Positions 18,678 through 25,679 of a stretch of DNA of 64,000 nucleotides are shown here, piece after piece. The first letter of the stretch is position 1, and each line of letters begins with the position of its first letter. Origin of the DNA: Candidatus Sumerlaeota bacterium (GTDB taxonomy: Bacteria; Sumerlaeota; Sumerlaeia; Sumerlaeales; Sumerlaeaceae); contig JAPLSQ010000058.1 of assembly GCA_026398535.1 (NCBI GenBank), forward strand, positions 34,339 through 98,338, given 5' to 3'. The position numbers and the translations under genes are program-made. The notes under the pieces were generated by a model. That model did no database searches, was not told the origin of the DNA, and worked only from the letters and a program-made list of their open reading frames with translations.

Positions 18678-19313
18678 ATGCTGATTCTGTCGCTCACATA
18701 CAGAAAGCGAAAGCCGGCATCTGTCGTTGAAGTTGTTTTCAATGACGGACAGGTATTGGATTTGGATCCGGAACTGGCCGTCAAATTTCAACTTGCGGCG
18801 GGCGAAGACATTTCGCAGCAGGCAATGGACGAGTTGCGGAACGCGCAGGAGAGTCTCACGGCGCGCCGTCGGCTCGTGCGTTATATGTCATTGCGCCGCA
18901 AGAGCGGGCGCGAGGCTTCGGATTATCTTCTGCGGGCGGGCTTCAGTCCGGACGCTGTCGAGTCGGCCATGGCGGGCGCGCGCGAACTGGGGCTGATCGA
19001 CGATGCGCGTTTTGCTGCGGCGTACACGCGCACGCAGCAGCGCGCAACGCACAAGGGTCCGCGCGCCATCCGGCACGAATTGATGATGCGCGGCGTCAAC
19101 CCCGGCATCGCGGCGCAAACAGTCGCGCCATCGGCGACGCCAGAGACGCAGAAGGAGCACGCGCGCGCAGCCGCGGTAAAAAAGGCCGCCAGCCTGCAAA
19201 AAGAGCCGCCCAACAAGGCGCGCGCAAAGCTTTATGCCCATCTTCTCAGAAAAGGCTACGACCCGGACGTGGCATCACAGGTGACGCATGAACTATTCAA
19301 TGAAAAAGAATGA
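18678..19313 (+). CDS. recX: recombination regulator RecX
   Basis: RRRLVRYMSLRRKSGREASDYLLRAGF, helical repeat architecture, about 210 aa; ORF upstream of 18678 is repeat read-through. Confidence 0.7.
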   Translation: MLILSLTYRKRKPASVVEVVFNDGQVLDLDPELAVKFQLAAGEDISQQAMDELRNAQESLTARRRLVRYMSLRRKSGREASDYLLRAGFSPDAVESAMAGARELGLIDDARFAAAYTRTQQRATHKGPRAIRHELMMRGVNPGIAAQTVAPSATPETQKEHARAAAVKKAASLQKEPPNKARAKLYAHLLRKGYDPDVASQVTHELFNEKE

Positions 19314-19345
19314 AAGTTGTGGCGCAGGCGGCCCGGACCCGCATG

Positions 19346-19436
19346 CCGGAGAACACGGACAAACATGGACAAATACGGACAAACACGGAAACCGGTCAGC
19401 GAGTACGCCATCAGGCGGAGAATGGCAGGCATCATG
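19346..19436 (+). repeat. decamers + repeat A + ATGGCAGGCATCATG module
   Basis: CCGGAGAACACGGACAAACATGGACAAATACGGACAAACACGGAAA, A at 19392-19415, then CGGAGA-ATGGCAGGCATCATG (19422-19436; same 15-mer at 35520-35534). Confidence 0.92.
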
Positions 19437-20303
19437 ATAATTGCGCAAATCGCGGCTGGTTGCGCGGCTTCGTCCCCCCCCGCATCCGCGACGCCGCCAT
19501 TGATCGTCGCCCACAGAGGTTCCTCCCACAGCGCGCCCGAGAACACTCTGCCGGCTTACGCGCTCGCGTGGAAACAGAACGCCGACGCGGGGGAGTGCGA
19601 CATTTATATGAGCCGCGACGGGCGGATCATGGTGATTCACGATGGCGACACTTCCAGGACGGCGGGCGCCGCGCTGAAGGTCAAGGATACCGAGTCGGCG
19701 CGGCTTCGCCAGCTTGATGCCGGGAGATGGAAGGACGCGAAGTACGCCGGAACGCAAATCCCGTTCCTTGAGGAGATCATCGCCGGTCTTCCCGTCGGGA
19801 AGAGGCTCTTCGTGGAGATCAAATGCGGCCGCGAGGCGTTGCCGGCGTTGCGCGATGTGATTGCCGCGAGCGGCAAGACGCCGCACCCCCCCCTGATCAC
19901 GCTGATCGGGTTTGAACTCGGCACGATTGTGGAAGCCAAGGCCATGATGCCCGCCCTCCCCGCATACTGGCTGCGCGGCACGGTGATGCGCTCCGGGAAC
20001 GGCAAAAAAATTCCCCAGCCGCACGACCCCGCATGGGCGGTCACAGCGAAATCAAGGGGACTGGACGGACTGGATGTGCATTACGAGGGACTGACGCCGG
20101 AATTCGCTGCGGCGGTGAAGGCCGCCGGATTGGGGCTTCACGCCTGGACGGTTGATGACGCCGCCGAGGCGCAACGGCTCATGCGGCTTGGCGTGGACAG
20201 CATCACGACAAACCGCCCGGATTTCATCCGCGAGGCGCTGGGCGGGCGGGACGCCCGCGCTCCCAGGACAACCACGGACAACCAACCGGGGCATAACCAA
20301 TAA
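19422..20303 (+). CDS. glycerophosphodiester phosphodiesterase (secreted)
   Basis: signal-like MAGIMIIAQIAAGCAAS; IVAHRGSSHSAPENT, ECDIYMSRDGRIMVIHD, HAWTVDD; last about 20 codons are repeat-derived. Confidence 0.85.
   Translation: MAGIMIIAQIAAGCAASSPPASATPPLIVAHRGSSHSAPENTLPAYALAWKQNADAGECDIYMSRDGRIMVIHDGDTSRTAGAALKVKDTESARLRQLDAGRWKDAKYAGTQIPFLEEIIAGLPVGKRLFVEIKCGREALPALRDVIAASGKTPHPPLITLIGFELGTIVEAKAMMPALPAYWLRGTVMRSGNGKKIPQPHDPAWAVTAKSRGLDGLDVHYEGLTPEFAAAVKAAGLGLHAWTVDDAAEAQRLMRLGVDSITTNRPDFIREALGGRDARAPRTTTDNQPGHNQ
20231..20285 (+). repeat. 40-nt hairpin module plus degenerate decamers
   Basis: CGAGGCGCTGGGCGGGCGGGACGCCCGCGCTCCCAGGACAA (38/40 identical to 24031-24070; GCGGGCG-GGA-CGCCCGC stem-loop), then CCACGGACAACCAAC. 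Confidence 0.9.
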
Positions 20304-20387
20304 AAAGGCGCGTATGGTGTAATCTGCCAAGGCAATAATTCCTCCTTCACGACTTCGGACCGCGCGTATTATTTTAGGAGACACACA

Positions 20388-21815
20388 ATGCAGGACTCGA
20401 TCCAGTTTGAACCCGATTTCACACCGGGCGCCAAGATAAAGGTTGTGGGTGTCGGCGGCGGCGGCACGAACGCCGTTGACAGCATGGTGGAATCGGGGCT
20501 GAAGGGTGTGGATTTTTTTGTGATCAACACGGACGCGCTGGCGCTGTCGCGCAGCAAGGCTCAGACGAAGATTCAGATCGGCCAGAACATCACGCACGGG
20601 CGCGGTTCGGGCGCCGATCCGGCCATTGGCGAACAGGCCGCGGTCGAAGCCAAGGATGTCATCCAGGAGAATCTTAAAGGCGCGGACATGATTTTCATCA
20701 CGGCGGGTCTGGGCGGAGGCACAGGCACGGGCGCGGCGCCCGTCATCGCCGAAATTGCCAGGGACATGGGCATTCTGACCGTGGCCGTCGTCACGCGCCC
20801 CTTCCGGTTCGAGGGCCCCCAACGCATGAACAAGGCCAACCAGGGGCTCGACCGTCTGCGCCAGTTTGTCGACACCTGCATCATCGTTTCCAATGACCGT
20901 CTCATCGAGGTCGTCGGCCCAAAGACCCCGCTCAAGGAAGCTTTCAGTGTGGCCAACAACGTGCTGACGATGGGTGTGCAGAGCATCAACGACCTGATCA
21001 GTGTTCCCGGTCTGATCAACGTGGATTTTGCCGACGTCCGCACGATCATGAACGAAACCGGCGGCGCCGTGATGGGCGTGGGCGTGGGCAAGGGCGAGAA
21101 CCGCGCCACCGAGGCCGTGAAAAAGGCATGCGCCAGCCCGTTGCTGGACAAAATTGTCATCGACGGAGCGCGCGGCGTGCTGATCTGCGTGACAGGGGGC
21201 GAGGACATGACCCTCAACGAGATCAACGAGGCGACGACCATGGTATACGAGGCCGCCTCGCCCGACGCGAATATCATTTTTGGCGCGGTGGTTGACGAAA
21301 AGCTCAAGGACGAAATCCGCGTCACAATCATCGCCACAGGCTTGGAGGACAAGCATCTGCGCACCGGCGCGCCCATCCCCGACGACTCGCGCATGGGTAT
21401 CGGCCCGGGGCCGAGCAAGGAAAGAATCGAGTCGATGTTCACGCCGGCCACGGAGCGCCGTTCATCGGCCGCCGCGAAAACGGCGGAGGCGGTTGCGGCA
21501 AAGAAGGAAAGCGCCGTTGCCGCCGCATCGGATGCCGCGCACAATGTCGCGGCCGCCGCGCCAAAATCCGACGAGCACGTCAATTCGTTCGATTTCAAAC
21601 GACCCGACAACCCGTTGCGCTCGAGTTCAGCGTTCGCCGCGGCCACGGAAACCGGTCAGCGAGTACGCCATCAGGCGGACGAACACGGACAAACACGGAC
21701 AAACACGGAGAACACGGCTGACAAACTCGAGGAGAAATCCGCCGCGGGCGAACTGCGCGAGGACGATCCCGACATCCCCGCATTCCTAAAACGGCGCAAG
21801 AACCTGTTCGAGTAG
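20388..21815 (+). CDS. ftsZ: cell division GTPase FtsZ
   Basis: IKVVGVGGGGTNAV, GGGTGTGAAPVIA, NDRL, VDFADV; C-terminal peptide DIPAFLKRR; AGGAG RBS upstream; linker carries repeat A plus decamers. Confidence 0.97.
   Translation: MQDSIQFEPDFTPGAKIKVVGVGGGGTNAVDSMVESGLKGVDFFVINTDALALSRSKAQTKIQIGQNITHGRGSGADPAIGEQAAVEAKDVIQENLKGADMIFITAGLGGGTGTGAAPVIAEIARDMGILTVAVVTRPFRFEGPQRMNKANQGLDRLRQFVDTCIIVSNDRLIEVVGPKTPLKEAFSVANNVLTMGVQSINDLISVPGLINVDFADVRTIMNETGGAVMGVGVGKGENRATEAVKKACASPLLDKIVIDGARGVLICVTGGEDMTLNEINEATTMVYEAASPDANIIFGAVVDEKLKDEIRVTIIATGLEDKHLRTGAPIPDDSRMGIGPGPSKERIESMFTPATERRSSAAAKTAEAVAAKKESAVAAASDAAHNVAAAAPKSDEHVNSFDFKRPDNPLRSSSAFAAATETGQRVRHQADEHGQTRTNTENTADKLEEKSAAGELREDDPDIPAFLKRRKNLFE
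21644..21716 (+). repeat. CACGGAAA + repeat A + 4 decamers inside ftsZ linker
   Basis: A at 21652-21675 (frame 3: GQRVRHQA, verified by codon count G423 at 21654), then CGGACGAACACGGACAAACACGGACAAACACGGAGAACACGG. Confidence 0.95.
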
Positions 21816-21830
21816 CGCGCGCCATCATCC

Positions 21831-21856
21831 GCGGACAACCGTGGACAACCAATAAA
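21831..21856 (+). repeat. degenerate decamers
   Basis: GCGGACAACCGTGGACAACCAATAAA, compare 20272-20303. Confidence 0.6.
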
Positions 21857-21870
21857 CAGGAACAAGACTC

Positions 21871-22599
21871 TTGCGATTGCTTGACCTGACACTTCCGGCT
21901 CCAGCGGAGAATCTCGCGCTGGAGGAGGCGTTGCTGGAGGAGACGGAAGCGGGGCAGGGCGGTGAAACGTTGCGGTTCTGGGAGAGCGGCGTCTTCTTCG
22001 TTGTGATGGGCGCGGGTTGCCATGCCAGCGCCGACGCAAACCTTGAGCGCTGTGCCGCGGACGGCATTGCCGTGCTGCGCCGGTGCAGCGGGGGCGGAAC
22101 CGTCCTGCAGGGGCCGGGATGCCTGAACTGCGCGCTCATTCTTGACGCGCGCGCGCGCCGCGAGCTGTCGTCAATCGCTGAAACGAACACGCATGTTCTC
22201 GGGCGTCTTGCGCGCGCGCTGGAATCCGTATGCCCCGGCTTGCGCCGTGAGGGCATCAGCGACCTGGCGGTGGATGGAATGAAAATATCGGGCAGCGCCC
22301 AGAAGCGCAAACGCCGCTTTATCCTGTTTCACGCCACGCTCCCGCATGATTTCGATCCTGCGCTTGTGGCGCTCTATCTGCGCGAGCCGGCGCGCCAGCC
22401 GGAGTATCGCGCGGCGCGCCCCCACGCCCGATTCATGCGCAACATCAGCGCGCCGCCCGTCCGCCTGAAAGAACTTATCACCGCCGAGTGGGACGCCTCG
22501 GCCCCCCCCCCCAAGACGCCGTGCGCGCCGCCGCTCGAGCGCATGCGCGGACTCGTTGATTCCAAATACGCGCGCGACGCGTGGAACCTCATGTTCTGA
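21871..22599 (+). CDS. lipoate-protein ligase / octanoyltransferase family protein
   Basis: LRFWESGVFFVVMG, LRRCSGGGTVLQGPGCLNCALIL, KISGSAQKRKRR (catalytic-Lys context) typical of BPL_LplA_LipB domain; TTG start. Confidence 0.65.
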   Translation: MRLLDLTLPAPAENLALEEALLEETEAGQGGETLRFWESGVFFVVMGAGCHASADANLERCAADGIAVLRRCSGGGTVLQGPGCLNCALILDARARRELSSIAETNTHVLGRLARALESVCPGLRREGISDLAVDGMKISGSAQKRKRRFILFHATLPHDFDPALVALYLREPARQPEYRAARPHARFMRNISAPPVRLKELITAEWDASAPPPKTPCAPPLERMRGLVDSKYARDAWNLMF

Positions 22600-22627
22600 C
22601 CCCCCCCTGCAATTCGGGGAAGGGTAT

Positions 22628-22649
22628 GCGCCGCGTGTCCATGCGGCGC
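22628..22649. terminator. GC hairpin between convergent genes (possible bidirectional terminator)
   Basis: GCGCCGC (22628-22634) - 8 nt loop - GCGGCGC (22643-22649); no U-tract. Confidence 0.3.
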
Positions 22650-22651
22650 GG

Positions 22652-23323
22652 TCACCCTGCGCAAAAATCGAGGACGGCCTTGACAAGTTTTTCCACGCCA
22701 ACGAACACTTCCGCCGGTCCCTGGCCCAGCATGTAGGCCGGCGTGGTCACGATCCTGTGTCTGTGGTCAATGATGATGTCGCGCACGGCGCAGTCGTGGT
22801 GCACGGCGCCGAAACCGGCGATGCCGGCCGCGGTGGCCTTGTCGTTGCCGATCGTGAGCTGGGGTTTGACAACGCTGTCATCCTTGAAAACAGCCGCCAC
22901 AGTCACGGGCGCAAGGCACATGGCGCCCACGGGCTTGCCCGCGGCGGCAAACTCGCGCACCACGCGCGCCACATCAGGGTGAACCCTTGCCTGCAGACCA
23001 TCGACGGCGTGGGTGCAAAGATTTTTTGTTGATCCGAGACCGCCGGGAATGATCAGAGCGTCGAAATCAGCCGCGCGCGCCTGGGCAACATCCGCGATGT
23101 TGCCGCGCGCGATTCGCGCCGCCTCGGCGATCATGGCGCGCCGCTCGCCGGTTGCCTTGCCGGCGGCGTGGTCAAACACCTCGGCCTGGTCGCCGCTTGG
23201 CGCGAAGCACACCGCCTGCGCGCCCGCGTTGTCCAGCGCCAGCAGCGTGAAGACCGACTCCTGAATCTCCGAACCGTCCATCACGCCGCATCCTGACAGC
23301 AGAACAGCCACACGCTTGCCCAT
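22652..23323 (-). CDS. elbB: DJ-1/PfpI-family glyoxalase ElbB
   Basis: near-collinear with E. coli ElbB as I recall it: KRVAVLLSGCGVMDGSEIQESVFTLLAL, GAQAVCFAP, LIIPGGLG, IVTTPAYML. Confidence 0.9.
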   Translation of the reverse strand: MGKRVAVLLSGCGVMDGSEIQESVFTLLALDNAGAQAVCFAPSGDQAEVFDHAAGKATGERRAMIAEAARIARGNIADVAQARAADFDALIIPGGLGSTKNLCTHAVDGLQARVHPDVARVVREFAAAGKPVGAMCLAPVTVAAVFKDDSVVKPQLTIGNDKATAAGIAGFGAVHHDCAVRDIIIDHRHRIVTTPAYMLGQGPAEVFVGVEKLVKAVLDFCAG

Positions 23324-23335
23324 CGTTGTTCTCCT

Positions 23336-24016
23336 TCACTTTCGAAACTTGTATTTGATGAGTACCCACAGGGAAACAATACCGTCGAACCAGTACAACT
23401 TTTTTCCTTCGCCGCGCCCGCGCGGGGCGTAGTCGATTGGGGCCTCGATGATACGGCGGCCGGCGCGGGCCAGCTTAAGCGCCAGCTCGATGGTGAATGA
23501 CATGTCGTTGCGGTCGAAGGCGATTCCATCAATGGCGCGGCGGCGGAACATCTGGTAGCAGGTTTCCACATCGGTGAGGCGCGTGCCCCACAACAGGTTC
23601 ATCGTCATGTTAACCGCCCGGTTGCCCCAGTATTGCGGAAAAGTCATGCGCGGGCGTCCGCGCAGAAATCGCGAACCAAAAACGACCTCCGTCTCACCGC
23701 GCGCGATGGGTTCAAGCAGTTGCGGCAGGCATGCGGGGTCGAGTTCCAAATCTGCGTCCTGAAACACCACCACATCGCCGCGCGCCACGGCCAGCCCTGC
23801 GCGCAGCGCCCCGCCGCGGCCGTTGCGGGCCGTCTGGTAAATGACACGCAGGCCCCCGCGCTCCTCCTCGCGCAGCAGAATGTCGCGCGTGCCGTCCGTC
23901 GAATAGCCGTCCACTACGATGATTTCCTTTTCGACGGGTACGCGGCGCACCGCGCCGAGCACGGTGCCCAGCGTCGAAACCTCGTTATAAACCGGAATGA
24001 TGACCGAGAGCATCAT
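23336..24016 (-). CDS. glycosyltransferase family 2
   Basis: MMLSVIIPVYNE, IIVVDGYSTDGT, VVVFQDADLE (DxD); the 41 codons upstream in the track ORF are repeat read-through. Confidence 0.85.
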   Translation of the reverse strand: MMLSVIIPVYNEVSTLGTVLGAVRRVPVEKEIIVVDGYSTDGTRDILLREEERGGLRVIYQTARNGRGGALRAGLAVARGDVVVFQDADLELDPACLPQLLEPIARGETEVVFGSRFLRGRPRMTFPQYWGNRAVNMTMNLLWGTRLTDVETCYQMFRRRAIDGIAFDRNDMSFTIELALKLARAGRRIIEAPIDYAPRGRGEGKKLYWFDGIVSLWVLIKYKFRK

Positions 24017-24030
24017 GTCAAAATTCCCCA

Positions 24031-24131
24031 CGGGGCGTTGGGCGGGCGGGACGCCCGCGCTCCCAGGACAAACACGGACAAACACGGACAACCACGGACA
24101 ACCAAGGACACGGATGAAATACCCGCACCAA
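24031..24131 (+). repeat. hairpin module + decamers + 33-nt ATG module
   Basis: CGGGGCGTTGGGCGGGCGGGACGCCCGCGCTCCCAGGACAA, ACACGGACAA x2, CCACGGACAA, then CAACCAAGGACACGGATGAAATACCCGCACCAA (24099-24131), identical to 45042-45074. Confidence 0.93.
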
Positions 24132-24163
24132 CACATCACAGGTCCCGCTTATGCCGGTCCTGT

Positions 24164-25432
24164 TCAATTTTCGGCAACGCGCCGCACGATGGAACATATC
24201 TCCTCGACATCGGCCTGCCGGAGCGCCGGATAGAGCGGCAGGGTGATCTCTCGCGCGGCATAATGCAGCGAAACCGGCCAGCGCAGGCTTGGCGCCCGCA
24301 GGCTTTCCGGCGGCGGAAAATCGTCGCCGAGCGCGCTGCCTTCCGGAATGGTCAGATCGCCCAGCATCTCGCCAAGGAATCGGCGATACCACGAGAACGT
24401 GTGAACAGGCGGATAGTGATGGGAAGTTTGAATATTGGCGACGCCAAGCGCTTTGCGCACCGCATCGCGCATCGTCCCGCCGCGGCAGACAATCGGCAGA
24501 ATGTGGCATGCGCCCATGTCGATCGTCTCGTCGCTGCGGCTGAACGGCAGGATGACGCCCGGCGCGCCCTCGAGGTAGTGTCTGTAAATTTTGTAAAGCC
24601 GCCGGCGCGCGGCGTTGGCACGGTCGAGTTTGCGGAGTTGTTCGATGCCCAGCGCCGCGGTGATCTCCGAACAACGGTAATTGTGCCCTGGCGCGGTGAT
24701 ATCGTAACCGGTCGAACGGCGGCGATAGCGGTCATATGTAAGCGATGTCATGCCGTGCGAGCGGATGAGCCGCGCTTCCGTGGCGATGTCGTCGTCGCTC
24801 GTGACGAGCATTCCCCCTTCGCCCGTGGCAAGATTTTTGTTTGAGAAGAAGGAAAAACATCCGATCTGGCCCGTGGCGCCGAGCCGTCTTCCCGATCGCG
24901 CCCATGCGCCCATGCCGTGCGCCGCGTCTTCGATGAGCATGACGTCATGCTCGGCGGCAAGGCGGGCGAATTCGTCGGAATGGCAGTCGAACCCCGCGTA
25001 ATGCACGATGACCACGGCGAGTTTGTCGCCTCGCTCGCGCGCCAGTATTTCGGCCGCGCGGCCGGGACTGATCAGAGGCGAGTCGAGCTCATCGATGTCT
25101 GTGAGCGCCGGGCGGGCGCCCACCGCGAGAGCGGCGTTCACCGTGGCGGCAAACGTGAGGTCGGGAACGGCGATGAGCGGCGCGCCGCGGCGCACCGGCG
25201 ACGCGCCCGCGCTCCACCCCCGCCGCCGCTTGGCGATCGCGTAAGCCGTCTCCAGCGCGCACGTGCAATTGCACATCGCCACGGCGTGTTTCACGCCCAG
25301 ATACTCCGACGCGCGCGCCTCGAACTCCTCGGTCCTCGGGCCCATCGTCAGCCACTTCGACCGCAGAACCTCAATGACGGCGCGCTCCTCGTTCTCGTCG
25401 TAATTCAGATCGCAGAGCGGAATACGCCACAT
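24164..25432 (-). CDS. DegT/DnrJ/EryC1/StrS-family sugar aminotransferase
   Basis: MWRIPLCDLNYDENEERAVIEVLRSKWLTMGPRTEEFE, FSFFSNKNLATGEGGMLV (PLP-Lys region); 56 upstream codons of track ORF are repeat read-through. Confidence 0.85.
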   Translation of the reverse strand: MWRIPLCDLNYDENEERAVIEVLRSKWLTMGPRTEEFEARASEYLGVKHAVAMCNCTCALETAYAIAKRRRGWSAGASPVRRGAPLIAVPDLTFAATVNAALAVGARPALTDIDELDSPLISPGRAAEILARERGDKLAVVIVHYAGFDCHSDEFARLAAEHDVMLIEDAAHGMGAWARSGRRLGATGQIGCFSFFSNKNLATGEGGMLVTSDDDIATEARLIRSHGMTSLTYDRYRRRSTGYDITAPGHNYRCSEITAALGIEQLRKLDRANAARRRLYKIYRHYLEGAPGVILPFSRSDETIDMGACHILPIVCRGGTMRDAVRKALGVANIQTSHHYPPVHTFSWYRRFLGEMLGDLTIPEGSALGDDFPPPESLRAPSLRWPVSLHYAAREITLPLYPALRQADVEEICSIVRRVAEN

Positions 25433-25484
25433 GACACTATCTTCAATCCGTCCATTACCCCCATGACGCAATAAAAATTGTGAA

Positions 25485-25622
25485 GAACACGGACGACCAC
25501 GAACAACCACGGACAACCATAGACAACCACAGACAACCACAGACAACCACAGACAACCACAGACAACCACAGACAACCACGGGCAACCACGGGCAACCAC
25601 GGACGAAGAAAGAGGCGGCGGA
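25485..25622 (+). repeat. phased 10-mer array (about 13 units) in divergent intergenic region
   Basis: GGACGACCAC GAACAACCAC GGACAACCAT (AGACAACCAC)x6 (GGGCAACCAC)x2 GGACGAAGAA, then AGAGGCGGCGG tail similar to 28811-28824. Confidence 0.95.
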
Positions 25623-25679
25623 GGGCCATGCTGTTACAGGTTGCATTTACGCGGTTGATTCGCGCAATTAGGACTCCGA

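Noticed and set aside
20052-21356. 434-aa ORF antisense to ftsZ. Similar long antisense ORFs occur at 20573-21646, 26355-27422, 29209-30501, 50818-51945, 58852-60144 and 60834-61898.
   Set aside because: They lie opposite genes with unambiguous family signatures. Their translations are Arg/Ala/Gly/Pro-rich low-complexity sequence typical of shadow ORFs in high-GC DNA, and they carry no motifs.
25485-25622. Possible CRISPR array (regularly spaced repeats), also considered for 598-669
   Set aside because: The units are contiguous 10-mers or 24-mers with no unique spacers between them. No cas genes are present. The unit length is far below that of CRISPR repeats.
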